From Schmidtea polychroa (taxonomy: Eukaryota), in contig CM097887.1 in assembly GCA_044892525.1 (NCBI GenBank), forward strand, positions 101,162,397 to 101,226,396: a stretch of DNA of 64,000 nt. Direction: 5' to 3'. Shown here one piece after another: positions 36,761 to 51,100 of the stretch. The position numbers were made by a program, and so were the translations under genes. Numbering within the stretch: position 1 is the stretch's first letter; every line of letters starts with the position of its first letter. A model generated the notes under the pieces. That model saw only the letters and a program-made list of their open reading frames with translations. It was not told the origin of the DNA and did no database searches.

Positions 36761-36991
36761 CATCGACCATTCATAAACTTTGTGTGTATAAATCCGGTCA
36801 CCTAAAGTGGCCACTGCTTGCTTATATTTGTCCTTTTATCTGTTTAATTAAAGTATTATTTAGTTATTTTAATTTTATGTTTGTGTGAATGTTGACCGTG
36901 AAATTAGTTGTTATGCCGAAAGAAGGTATGATTTAAAAATATGATATTATGTGAATTGCGGGGCGCAATTTTAACGGGCCCCGGAGTGATT

Positions 36992-39900
36992 TGTTGGGCT
37001 AAAACGTGGAGTTTCGAAAACTGGAGCGAATAGAAAAGTAATCCTTGAAAAATAAACGAAATAAAATAAAAATATAAAGTACCATCAAATTCTCACTAAT
37101 AAATCAAAAAGGAACAATAAAATATCAATAAGAGAATAAGAATAAGTAAAACAAACTAAATAAAACCCAATAAACCCCTTGAGATTTAGAAATAAAGCGA
37201 TTTAGGACCCAGCAGATGAAATAGAATAAAATAAGTAAAAAAGTGACAACAAATAAACGAGAAATTTAAGAAATAAATAAAAAATAAAACTATCTTTAAG
37301 TCTAATTAAAACAAAAAATTATATTACAATAAAGTAGCAATAAATCCACAGGAAAAATAGGAGGAAAATAATAAAAATAAGAAAATAAATAAAATAATAA
37401 TAAGAAATAAGTTAAGTCATTAAAATCTAATATATTATAATAAAAAACATAAAAATAATAATAAATAGTAAAAATACAAACAAGTCGTGTCCTGATTGGA
37501 CGAAAAATAATATATAAGGAACGGAAAATATCTGTAGAGTACCACTTTTAAAAAATATTCTACAGGTAAACTTTGGTTCGTTATGACCACTTTTAAAAAA
37601 TATTCTACAGACTTGACAGATTTCGGAACCTTTAATTATCCTACAGCGAACTAGTTCAGAGATTACCAAACCAAACCGAGGAAGGAATATATAGAGGCCA
37701 AACCACAAATCCATTCGGGAAAAATTTTAAATTCAACCGATTTAACTTCAGTTTTCGAAACTCAAGTTGCCTTTCTTCATGGTACCGGCGACTGTACCAT
37801 CTGAGAACTCCCAGTGTGATGTGGACGAGTTGGAATTGTACTGCAGTAGAGGACACCACCGTGGAAAGGTTGGTATGCCTAAGAAATCACGAACATGCTG
37901 AAAGGAGAATGTGATATGTGTAGGGTATGATATTTGTCATATTAGAGATCCACCAAGGAGACGAGGAGGTTTCGGTTAGGTAGGAGGAGCAACATCATAC
38001 TCGGAGATCCAAATGATATGGTCGCCGGGTAAATTTTCTTTATGCATTTTTCTATCATTCAGTTTGATTATGGTATTGTTGATTTGGTTGAATGGAAACG
38101 AGTTGATTGGTCCCTCTTGACGGTGCAAGGAGGCGGCAGCAATGAATGCCTTCTTGGGTGTGTCGTGAGGGGTGAAGAAACTCAGTAGGTGGAACATCCA
38201 GTTGATAAGTGAAAGTTCCTTCATCAAGCGCGATCGTCTATAGAGCGTACCATCGGTTCATTTAGTCAAATCGAGATTTCCAGTAGTTGTAGAGATGATT
38301 TGAATTCCGAATGCAGGCAATTCAGAGCGAGATAGGCAGTGACGTTCGTACAGATTCGATAATAATCCACATAGCTAGGAGAAAAATTTTTTTCGTGATA
38401 TTCAGCCGGTCGATCGACGTAGTTAGGAAAGAGCAGTGTTGACCATAGATTGCAAGTAAATCCAACGATTTTTCGGTGACGCACTGCGTTCGCAAGGTCC
38501 TGTCTGATTTGTGCCGTCATGATGTTAGCGGTTACATCCATTGTCGATGTACTCTTACGATTTGATTGTCGTCCGTGAGTCGCCATTGCCAGTGATAAAA
38601 AATCTCTCGCTGACAGGGAAGTAAACATCTTGCAGTGAAATTATCAAAATTTTTACTTCGAGCTCGCAGGCAATAGTCGCCAACGATAACAAAATCAGTT
38701 GATTTACATTAGCCAGCGTAGAGTTAGTCGACAGGAGATATCTGATAATGTCCTAGAGAAAGAGATAACGTGTCGGTTTTTCTGGGGAAATGTCAAATGG
38801 ATAAGCTGATAGTCATTGATCTGAATAAATATCGTAAAGGGAAATTAGATGATAATGTTGAGCTTACCCAATAATCTACGAAGTTGTCGCCCACTCAGAT
38901 TGATTAATCTGATTTTCCGATTCATCTACGACTGCTTATTTGAGGAATCTATTACGCAACCACTATTATTCCGACTTGAGTATGCACATACACACGCACC
39001 ACCGTCGAATCTACATAGGGCAGTGTAAAAGTAAATACACAATTTTTGGTGATGTAATAGCGGCATGATGATGTGAATTTTTCTAGAACGGTGAGATAAT
39101 AAGATGGAGTAAAGGAATGGATTTCCCCTACACAACTCGATATATAATAATTTATCATAACAGCATAAACCATCATTCGCGGTGATAGCCTACATACAGT
39201 TACAGATGCCACCAGGAGTAATGACACACCTACACATTCAGTCATAATGCATAATCACAAGTAAACGTTTTCCATGACGACGATTTCGGAATTAATTAGA
39301 ATTAATTAATTGGAATTAATTAGATGTAGATTTAGAGCTGAATTTTCGACTGATTACCTGATCAATTCCATAATTTTGAACGAGATAAAAACATAAATAA
39401 TCTATTCCGTCGCCGTGAATTATTTCTCTGTAATTTTAGGTACGCCTACATCGACGGATTGCCATAATGATATCGGCAAATTTTTAAATAAAAATATACT
39501 AAGGGGAACAAGGTTGAAGGGAATAAAGTAAAAGACGAGTTTTACCTGGGAATGGCCCATCCGAAAGTAAACCCAAAGGGCGAGGTTTATGTAGAGAGAA
39601 TTTTTGGTGTACGAAATCCCCGTTTCCTTTTCTTAATTTACACGAATCAGGTGAAGAGATTTGAATGTTTGCAACTGAATGACTACGAATAGAGATGGAT
39701 GAAGAAGTGTGTGGGTCATCGTTGGGTGGTATGTTTGATAAACCTCCAAAACCATGCCCAAAAATTTGATTTTGTTTTTTGCCACTGATAGAGGTTTTTC
39801 CGAGTAAATCTAAACAATGATTGATTTTCTAGATGGCTACATCGTCCAACAACGCCAAAGAACTTCGCCCGTGTTTTTCTTGTGCGGACAAGAACGCGGA

Positions 39901-41132
39901 TATCGCCCAACTGCACTTATATATCGGGGCTCTCAAAAAGAGAATTGATCTCTATGAAGGAACGTGGTTCTCCCCGCCACAAATGAAAGAGGAACGCAAG
40001 AAAATTCTCCGATTAGAGCATTGCAGGGACAGCCTGCTAGAGGAAAGCCGTTGCCAGCGGCTCACCATCAAAGCGCAATCAGAAGCCCTCCATAAGGTGT
40101 ATACGGAGGCAGAACTGGCTAAGCGGGTGCGAGAATTTCCCGTTCTAGATGGGACGAATGTTTTTCCCCTTCACCACCAGTCTTCTACATCTTCCAGTTC
40201 GCACTGCCAGGGGCACGGCTCACAACTGCCGCCCATTCCAGCCCCGGTATTGTCCAGTCACCAGCCAAAGACAGGTGGACCTACCGATCCCATCGTAGCT
40301 CCAATCTTGGTAGCACAAATCGGTACCACGAACACCGAAAACCCCCCGACTACCCGCAAACGGAAACGGCCAACTCGAGCCGAGAAGAACCAAAAACGCC
40401 GAGATGCGATGACAGCACTCGAGACGTCCTTATCGGCGGCGAAATCAAAAATCCAAGAGATAACGTCCTCCCATTCAATCCCCTCAAAGGAAGTCTTCCG
40501 CATTGTTCCAGCTGAGGGCATCAAATACATTATAGATAGCCGATTACCGGTCGACATAGATGAGATACTGGCCGATGGGGATAACTTTGTTTAATGTGAT
40601 GTACAATTGAGCTTGATTTCCTCTTCATTGAGTTGTAAATTATCTTGTGAATTTTGCTAAGGTTATATCTTTTGACTGCTGTTGATCTGTTGGTGGTAAT
40701 GATATTTTTATCGTTTCAGGGTCAATAAAATTTTCTGTTTGATTTCAGTTTTGTCGAGCTTTCATATATTTGTTTGTGCAATTAGGGTAGATGAGATAAT
40801 GCTGCGGAATGAAGGTAATTAGAGTTGAAAGTCGTTCCTTTGGACCAGGATCAGACCGAGTGACACGCATGTATGTGGGTAAGTCCTTCTAAGGCACCGT
40901 AGGACCCGAACCGAGAAAGGGTTAGGAGTAGTCCTAAGGCAGGGGCTCACCTGCTAACCTTTTCCGACCCGTGTGAGCAGCACCAACATGGAACATCACC
41001 ATGGGCTCATATGTGGGAATATGCAATCAATCATTTGGAGTATGTGTAGAGAATGTATAACGGAGCCATGATGCTTGATAGGTGTGATGGAAAGGCATGT
41101 ATAATTTTTTTTCTTCTCCACATACGCCAACA
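36992..41132 (+). repeat. 3' LTR (4141 bp)
   Basis: TGTTGG...CCAACA; near-identical to the 5' LTR. Confidence 0.97.
39833..40594 (+). CDS. Second copy of the LTR-encoded 253-aa ORF
   Basis: Differs from 13685-14446 by one residue (YIVDS vs YIIDS). Confidence 0.7.
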   Translation: MATSSNNAKELRPCFSCADKNADIAQLHLYIGALKKRIDLYEGTWFSPPQMKEERKKILRLEHCRDSLLEESRCQRLTIKAQSEALHKVYTEAELAKRVREFPVLDGTNVFPLHHQSSTSSSSHCQGHGSQLPPIPAPVLSSHQPKTGGPTDPIVAPILVAQIGTTNTENPPTTRKRKRPTRAEKNQKRRDAMTALETSLSAAKSKIQEITSSHSIPSKEVFRIVPAEGIKYIIDSRLPVDIDEILADGDNFV

Positions 41133-41890
41133 TTAGAAATTTTGTGAGAACCCAGCAGTCTTCTTTAAAACTTGTTTTGGGACTGCTGGGATGCTTATGT
41201 GTGGTAAAAAAATAATACGCAACAGTAGAAAAATAAATATTAAATGAATGTGTAACATACAACGAAACTAACTTTACTTTTACAAAGTTTATTGAACAAT
41301 ACAAAATTAGAAAACCTTTTCTTAAACTAATTTACTTCTAAGTTGACCGGAAATTAATTGAGAATAGTTTTCTAATTCGTCTGAGGATCTGACAATTAAT
41401 TTTAATATTTTTTAGATTTCTTAATTTGTTTCTGTGATCTTCTGTTTAGTTCTTATATTTTTTTAAAATTTTCCATTCAATTTCTAAAATTTGCTTCTGT
41501 AATCTACTATTTAATTTCACAGATTAAATCTACTGTTTAATTTATTAAATTCGTTTCTGGTATTTTAGTTGTTAATTTGTCTATCGATTTTTTTAATTTT
41601 TGTAATTTTTCATTTACTTTAGTGATAATTCACACTAATGGTTTTTTAATTTTTTTAATAATTTTAACGTAAGGTTAACAAAATAGCAACACACTACAAA
41701 TTGTAGTTACAATTTCATATAAAATGATAATAATAAAAATAACTACACTCTATTATTTGAAAGTTCCAGATCATTTAGATTTTAAAACTCACTGATTATA
41801 TAGGATTGGAACGATAATCTTGTCCGATACAAAATAACATTTATTTAACCAATAAAGGCAACATGTAAATTAAAAATTATAAGCAAAGCA

Positions 41891-42205
41891 TCATTCGTCA
41901 GTGTTTCTGAAATGTTGAAAATAGTCTCTCTTATGGTCCGCACATCTTTTCCAACGTCCCGGAAGTGGTTTATTATTGTTTACATAGAATGCTACAGGTT
42001 TAGAAGTGAACCATTTTTCCAAATTACTGTTAACCTCTTTAGTTAACTGATATATTTTCCAACGAAGTGAGTTTTTCATACAAGAAAACGGATAAATGTC
42101 TGAAATGGAAAAGTCTGGTGAGTATGGTGGATATGGTAATATCGTAAAAATGCATGTAAATGAAATTCGGTAATAAAAGAAATATAAGACAATTAAAAAT
42201 GTCAT
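41891..42205 (-). pseudogene. Mariner transposase C-terminal remnant
   Basis: PPYSPDFSISD (YSPDL motif) and LPGRWKRC..H..DYF. Confidence 0.85.
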
Positions 42206-45169
42206 ATCAATTTGTTCTTGTCCTCAAATTTTTGTCAAGTGCAAGTCAAATGCCGGGGACTTTTAATGATTTATCAACTTTGCGATCCATTTCATTTGCT
42301 TGTTATCAACGAAGGATTAGTGTAGTAGTGGAAGTTGATTGTCTTACAGTAATGTTATGGATTTAAAATAAAATGTCTTATACTTGTTACATTATATTTA
42401 CTTCTTCGATGGTACTTTTGGGTTATTATTGTAAAATTGGTACAACACTCTGACTCCACGTGCTTTTGAACTAAATTAAAGCAATGACATCCAACACAAC
42501 AGATTTTTATTTAATTTCACCACAATTTCTTACTATATGTGAATAGATCAATTCTAAATTCTAGATCTTCGAATGACTGAGAACTAGCCACCAGTGTCAA
42601 TGTTTTTTATACCAATCTATCTCCTACAAATTTTCAAAAATAAAATAATTAAATTAAAAATTAACATTTCTCAAGTCAAAACAATTAAACAAGCGGTATT
42701 TTTGTTAAATATAAAATAATTAAGAAGCGACTTCTCTCCTTTACGCCCAAAGACACTGTTCAGCTAATTAGAATTCAAGAAAACTAATTCTACTATTAAT
42801 TTTTGATTTCCCCCCCTCAATTATCACTCGGCTTTTTCACATGGCAATTAAATTTTTTTTTCTTAATTAATTTGTATTTTTTTTAAAAAAAATTCTGAGG
42901 ACCCCACTGATTTTTATATTATTATATTCATATTTGTATCGTCATTTGTCATCAGCACATACTTGCTTCCTCCGAAAACTTTATTTATTAATCTGTATTC
43001 AATTAAATTTCCTTTGCACCATTCTAGACACAACCAAATATATCTTTTTTAATTAAAATTCATCCTCCAATCTACTTCTATTTGATTTACTTATATATGT
43101 TGAGAATATAAAAAACGTATGACATCAAAAAGGAAAATTATCAAAATTAGTTAAAAATTAATTTAAATTCAAAAAAAGTAAAAATCAATATTTTTCGAGG
43201 ATAAAAGTGATGACAGGTGACAAATGAAATTTTGAAAACGTTTAAAATAATTTTTAATCGACGAGAGGTTTCTAGAAAAGTCAGGAACTAAAAACTAATT
43301 AATTAATTGATATTAAAGTAATGCTTAATTAGTCAATAATTAAAATCAAGATAAACCAACTCGATATTAGTTAAGCGTCTCACTAAAACCTAAATTTGTG
43401 ATAATTTATTCATTCAAATTGGATTCATTATCGTATATGCAGCAAGTTTAAGAATATAATTAACGAGGGAAAATTCATATATAGGTAGACAAAAAGAAGC
43501 TAAAATATCAGTTTGTCAAATAGCATAAAAAAGTAAATTAATACCACATTAAAAAATAGTCAAAGAAGCGATGTTAAAGAAATTAAAGCAGATTGTGATT
43601 TGGATTAGTGCGATATCCATTGGGTATTTACCGTGTGAAATCCTGTGTATATGTTGGGTTCTATAACGATGATGCAAATATTGAAGATAACAATTAATAA
43701 AAGCGTGTTAAAAATTTATTTTTTATTCTTTCTTTTGCGTTTACTGTAGAAGCATTGTGCTTATGCAATTAGGATTCTCAAATGAAATTAAGTGAGATGT
43801 GTCAGTGTTTCACCAACTATTACATAACGTGTTCCATAAAGGAACTGTAATTCTTGACGCAAAAAAGAAAATTATTTTTATGAGCTAAAACTTATGGCAA
43901 AAAATATCAAAAGCTTCTTGAATAATTTTTATTTAACAAAATTATATGGCATGTTATAAATTTGCACAATAAATAATAAAAATACAATTCAAAATTTTAC
44001 ATGCAATTCTTGAGTTTCAAAAATGGATATGTTATCGTAATTAAAAAAAAGGAGGAAACTAGTATGAGCGAATTCTAAATGATGAGATGAATTCAAATAT
44101 AATAAAATAAAATCAATGTTGGGTCCTAGAAGGAAATATTTAAAGAAAATTTAAATTAATTATTTTATGGAAAACCTGGGCTGTCAACAAAGCTATTTAT
44201 TTAGAGCTAGGCGAATTGGAGAATAAAAGCAAACCCGAAATAAAAAGGAACCCGATTTTGACTTCAATTTGATGAAGTGACCGTGAAGAATTACTACAAC
44301 TGACTATAAAGTAGTTAGTAAAGAAAATCCGGGAGATGTAATTAAAATTGACAATCTAAAAAGACGCTCTGCCAAACTACCAATTTAAACGAAAAGCAAA
44401 GTTAATTACGAGAATAGTATAAAAATTAGAGACGAGTTAACGAAATCGCCAGTTGATTGAAATCAAATTAAAGAAGTTTAAAGTTAATTCAGAGGAAATA
44501 TATAATTTGAATAAGGACACCGAGGAATCAATAGCTTGTACCAACTTGTATTTAAACACTCAACAAGACTAAGAACACCATCTAATAAACTTAATCACTC
44601 CTATTAACCTTCTTTCAGTCAGTGAACCGAATGGAGAATTTACTTAAATGCCGTGTCTAATGTACTCACCTTTGCTTAATTCTAAGGACTCGTTCATAGT
44701 GTTTGTGCCTGTTTCTGATAAGATAATGGGATTTGAAGTGACAATTCTGAATATTTGGTACAGCCCCACATTACTTTAATATCCTGAAATGCCAATAAAA
44801 TGCGGTTTTTAAAATGATTTAATATTAAATCGTTACTTTGGTAGCAAAATTTTCATTCGTACCGATGAGTTTGCACCACAGTTTTAAGCAATTGAAAAAC
44901 TTTTGGTTATATGAATTAGAATTTTTACAAAAAAGAAAATTTTTAAAAATTTCTAAAACTTTATAATTTTACTAGTTCTATAAATATTTTAAATTAATTA
45001 AAATATACTATAAAAATTGAAATTTAAATTAAAGATTTATAAAAAACACAACTCGATATTAAGCGAATGTTTTAATAATACAGTGTAAATTAAATTTAAA
45101 TTAATTGATATTTGTAAAATTTATCTTAGTTACTGAAGATTTTAATTTATCTTCATAGAAAACTGGAAA

Positions 45170-48100
45170 ATGCGTACTAAACCCCCGCTCTATAAACTTC
45201 TTCATTTATGTGTGACGAAAAAATCGTATTTTGCGTATGATTATGCTAAAATATTTGATTAAATAACTATTTTTAATATTTAGACATCAGTCATTTATTT
45301 TAATTTTGACCTTCATTTGTTATACAACTTTTCATATGAGTCGTAAACCTATAAGTATCGTCAAATCTGTTTTGCATAAAACTTGTCCTTATAATCCAGA
45401 TTTCAAAGATGAATTTTGGTGTAATTGGAAACCATTTGGTAAAGTTTTTTGAACTATGATTTAGTTATAATCGATTTTAGATGGAAATGATTGGAGTCAA
45501 AAATTAGGAAGTTTAGAATATGCTTATTTATTGGCATATGCACTTTCTATGTTTGTGAGGTATATTTCAAATATTAATTTGGTTATTAAAAGTTATATAT
45601 CTTTTTTATTACAGTGGACATTTGGCTGAAAGAATTAATCTTAGATATTATCTTGCGATTGGTATGATTTCAAGTGGCTTAATGACTTGTTGTTTCGGTC
45701 TTGGTTATTTTATGTCCAATCACAATTTTTTGTTTTACTTCATTGTCCAGGTTAGAATGTTCTAAACTTGTTTCTATTAGTTAATTATTAATTTTATTTA
45801 TTAGTTAAATAAATTTATGTATTAATTGATAATTTATAGGTCTATGAACTTATAAAAACGAAGTGAAAATATATTTTTATAATATAATTTCTTTTTATTT
45901 AAATTATTACGTTATAAATTTAGTATATAAATTAGTTTTTGGATTGTTCCAAACAAACTGATAAACTGCAAATTTTAAAATGTGTCCGATTGACACTTCC
46001 GGTCCTCTAAGTGTTAAATAAAAAGCTGGATTTAGATGGATTTAGAAAGTGTATGTTTAGATTTTCATTATATTTTTTCCCTCATTTTAATCCATTTCAA
46101 TCGCTTTCATATTTGCTTTTCTATTTCGAAGATAAAAATAAAAGATGTTACTACATCTGTGGAGAACTTTGAAACTAAACACCTATTTTAATTCATCCAA
46201 TTCTATTTTGATGCGAAATAGTTCTCTTTTGTTAAATATTATTTTAATTTCACATTAAAAATATAATACCCGTGCTACCATTAATTCCAATAAATTCTAT
46301 GAATTTTCCCATTGTAATTTCAATTTATTTCCATGTTGAGATCTGTCATCTGTTATATGATGATTAAAGTATTCCAGTTTATATGGACTTATCATATTTC
46401 GAATAAACATTTTAAAAATGATTACTAAATTTGATATGTAGTATAACAGATGATGTATAATTGACTATTCTATTATTTATGTCAGACAATAACAGGAATT
46501 ACACAAGCAACGGGCTGGCCGGCTGTCGTTACCATAATGGGTAATTGGTTTGGAAAAGGAAGGTGAAAAACATTACTTTTTATTTATCCGTGATTTTTCT
46601 AACAAAATCTTTAGACGAGGCTTGATAATGGGAGTATGGAATTCTCATACAAGTTTTGGTAATGTTATTGGCTCAATTATCGCTGGGCTGTTTGTTTCAA
46701 CAGCATGGGGTTATTCGTTCGTTGTTCCTGGTTTCATTATGGTATTTATTGGAATAGTTGTGTGGTTGATAATGATACCTTGTATGGCTTTTTTTTTGAT
46801 AATAAATATAACTGCTATTGAATATTATAGATCCAGAAGATATTGGTTTATCATCACCTGATGATCAGAAATCTGTGAGTCTGATATTTATAATTATTTT
46901 ATATTTGCAATTATTATTTTCTATTAAATTATATTTATTCAATATTCAATGAACAATTGAAAATTTTCGTTTTTATTTATGCAATAATAAAGATTGAAGG
47001 AATGTACTCATGTACATTCGGTTTGTTTCTGGGCCATTTTAGTCATTGTAAACTATTAAATAAGAAATGATAGATAAGAATCTCAATTGTTTTATTTATA
47101 ACTACTATCAATAAATTTATTAACAAATATTCGTTTCTATTGTTTAACAGTAATTTGTGCGAATTATTAGTCAGATTTGTTCATTTATTAATTATTTATT
47201 ATTATTATTATTAATGATAATTAATAATAATTAATAATAAATAATTAATAAATAATAAAAATGATGATAGTATAAAGTGATAATTTCTTGGTAGCAGCAT
47301 TTATTATTTAAAACAATAAAGTGATAATTTAAGCCTTTTGCTGCGAATAATGTATTTAATGAAAAAACTTTCGACTATAAGATAGCTCTTGTCAATTTCC
47401 GTATTTTTTTTCATTAAATACATTATTCGCAACAAAATGCTTAAATTANNNNNNNNNNNNNNNNNNNNNNNNNNNNNNNNNNNNNNNNNNNNNNNNNNNN
47501 NNNNNNNNNNNNNNNNNNNNNNNNNNNNNNNNNNNNNNNNNNNNNNNNNNNNNNNNNNNNNNNNNNNNNNNNNNNNNNNNNNNNNNNNNNNNNNNNNNNN
47601 NNNNNNNNNNNNNNNNNNNNNNNNNNNNNNNNNNNNNNNNNNNNNNNNNNNNNNNNNNNNNNNNNNNNNNNNNNNNNNNNNNNNNNNNNNNNNNNNAAAA
47701 TCTTGTAAATATAAATGAAAGTGTAAATATGAAACGTGTTTAACTTAATAGTAATTTATATTTGCAAACATTAAAATCATTCAGATTGTGCTCTATTGTT
47801 TGTTCAAGAGATTTTACCAATAATCAAATTCATTACAACAAATAAATTAACGTATTTCAACAATCTGTTAGATTCTTAAATAATTTTAAATTGTTATTCA
47901 TTTTGAATTCATTAACTTACTAAAGTTATTGAATATAAAATAATAAAACAAACTCAAGCTTGCTGCCTATCATCCAGCAGCAAAACCATGTCTCTCTCGC
48001 TAGAAAGACTGGACATCTATTGACTGGTATAAAGTAATGTTTGCTGATGAGGCCGGTGCGCAGGTGTTACATTGCAATCATCCACATTTTCGTCGACAAT

Positions 48101-51100
48101 GAATCATCGTTATCATTCCCGATTTATTATCATTACAGTCAAACATTCACCGTCCGCAATGATTTGGGCTGCCATTAGCAGTATTGGATCAGGTGGAATT
48201 TGGTTCATTCCTGCAGACATAACAATTAACTGCACTATGTATGTTGATATATGTATGTCATATCATCTCCTGTCATACATGAAAGATCATAATTGTCATA
48301 TTTCTGAAAATTCGTGTTCTTTGGTGTTTTAACTTTGTTTTTAAATTTTAAATTCTATTTACTGAACGAACATTTTAAATTAATGATAGTAATAATTATT
48401 ATGATAATATATTATAGAATGATTCATCAGTAGGTATTAGGAGCAAGGCATTAACTTACACAAATAAGTCAGTAAGTAATTATTATTTTTATTCGATTTT
48501 AAGTTTTTCGTTTCTTATTGATTTTTTTCTTTCTACCGTAATATGATTGAAAATCTGGCGCGTGAAATTAATAATTTGATTTGATTCGTTTCTATTTAGT
48601 TAGTTGTGGACTTGAAGTCGTCCTTAGATCTTACCGAAGATAAAGTTCATGTATTAAAATCTCATGGATCAATGAAACCCCTTTTACCATATCATGATCG
48701 AAAATCAGATAAACCGATTTCTATATGGGAAGCTTTAAAAATTCCAGTAAGATTTTTTTATTGATCTTACTGTTATCTCTAAAATTAATGAACGCTTAAA
48801 ATTAAGACTTTTATAAATATTTGAAAAGATATTATACAAAAAAAAATTGAATCTATAAGACAATTGAATTAAATTTTCAATTTTTTTTCATAAAATTTCT
48901 ATTTCATTGCTAAATCAATTTACTTGAACATTTCACATTACTCAATGGAGAATTTAAATCTCAACGCATTATTTGAACTACAAGGATTGCTCACCCGAAG
49001 AAAATTTTCATTTGACGGTTTCATTAAAAAAAAATTACGTGAAAATTGTTTATACAAATAAATCCCTGTAAACTATCTATTTGCGGATGTGTATTATATT
49101 TTTAAACTTTTTTATTAACTTCATATTGTATGTTTAAATCCTTGTATGAGTTACGCAAATCTTGCGACGCAAATTAACCCACTTCCCATGATCGGATCGA
49201 GCTGTCATTTGGCAGATTGATTCGTCGTCGAAAACAATGCATTTCAAAATTTCAGATCGATCGAATGTTTTTTTCTTATTCAAAATATTAATAAAATGTT
49301 CTTTTCAAAGTAATTTTTTAACTAGGTAATTTTGCGTAATATTAAATATTTCATAGCATTGAGCACGCATATTGAAATTTTAATTTTGAGAGACTGTAAA
49401 CGTGATGTATATAGAGTTTTAAAAACAATGTTTTTTGCGCTTAGTTTTTATATACTAATATTTAGCTCTTAAGTACAAACATATTTGTAAGTCATCTTTA
49501 TCAATTTCACGCGTATTTAAGATGAGTTACATTCTCTTATACCAAACTTTTTCATTGGTTTAATATTGCCTGGTAGTCGACTTGCATTTGTAACAATAGG
49601 TTTATTTGGTGTGAAAATATAATAAATCAGTTTTTGTAAATTTGAATCTTTGGAAATATCTTGCACTTTATCTGTCACCAAATAAGACGAATAGAAACCC
49701 ACATCAAATTGGCCAATCATTGAAATATCAACTCAAGCTTTCTGTTCTGTCACAAACACTTAATTACAGGTCTTACAATTATACCTAAATTATTAATAAA
49801 ATCTGCATTTTAAAATCCGATTCCAGTTTCAATAATCGTCAATAATAATGCATCTGGAAATGATATTATCTTTATCTTTAATTCTTTTGCAATGTCATAT
49901 ACCTTTGTATTGAATTTAGTTAAGTCTATCACTATAATTTGAAATTAATTCTTAAATGGACAACAAGACTACTTATAATACGTAAAAAATTCGAAAATAC
50001 AATATTTTAAAAGATTAAAGTATTTGATGGCTGAAGAAAAATTAAGAACACTTACTCTAATCAATGAATATGTATCATATCACTATAATTTTGAAATGAG
50101 AATAAAAAATATTTAATTTATTTTCATTCTGACAAAAGATCAAAGATTTGTGTAGGGTAGAATACAATTTTTGATATTTTATCCGAATAAAAATAAATGA
50201 AATATTATCAAAAAAAGAAAACAGACCAATAAAAGTTTTTACTGTTAATAAAAAATATAAATATTTATAAGAAATTTTACAGAAATTTAATCAATTAAGG
50301 AAATTTATTTTAGCCAATTAAAATTAGTTAAAGAGTTTAACGTTATTTTATTCATAAATTTTAAATTATTTAAAGTTAGCTATTAGTCGTATTAATTTCA
50401 GCATGTAAATAATTATTTAAGTTTATATCCATTTTATAGTATCGGATATAAAAATAGAAATGCAAAGATATATTTTTTATGCGAAAGAAACCGTTATTAA
50501 TTTGCTAGGTATAACATAGTTAAAAGAGGGTCTTAAAAAGATTTGGAAAGTAACTGCTCTGGTCGAAATAAAGTTTGAATGAAATAATAATTATATCTGA
50601 TCATAACTATGTACTTGATCTCAACAAAATACAAGTTGTCAAGACCATTGTGGATATATATGGAAGAGTAATACATGAGTTAGGTTGACCAAAGTAGTTA
50701 GTCCACAATAGTATAGCAAGCATACCACTGGAAGCACCTGCTTTGCTACCTTTGTATAAAAATTGTCAACTAAAAATAGCACGAAAATGTAAAGCCATCG
50801 AAGAAATACAGTAATGTTCTTGGACAATTGCAAATTAAAGTGATCTTACAAGTTCCAAAATTTTACACTGAGAGGTTATCCATTGCTTTAAGCATATGAA
50901 TTTGAGTCAGTAACTTTGGACTCACATAGAATACTAATGCTTGGTACTCATGCCAATCTAAACGCCTTGAAAACTCGCTCACCTTGATTCATACATATTT
51001 ACAGTTCCTCTATACAAGTGCACATGATTCATGGCTTATTTGACCACGGCGCTTTTCCTATAGTATAAGATCTTTTGAAAGACAAATTTGAAGCTTTATA

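Larger units (their letters stand above)
10857..41132 (+). mobile_element. Giant (30,276 bp) envelope-carrying Ty3/Gypsy LTR retroelement with multiple cargo genes
   Basis: Paired 4.1-kb LTRs, PBS, PR-RT-RH-IN domain order, uninterrupted 4623-aa ORF. Confidence 0.97.

Noticed and set aside
10857-41132. Classification as Bel/Pao, Copia or a vertebrate retrovirus
   Set aside because: IN follows RT-RH (not Copia), and the RT motifs (RFCIDYRKLN, MPFGL.NAP, YIDD) and GPY integrase tail are Gypsy-type.
47389-47718. ORFs containing X runs (also 52170-52490)
   Set aside because: Artefacts of reading through N gaps.
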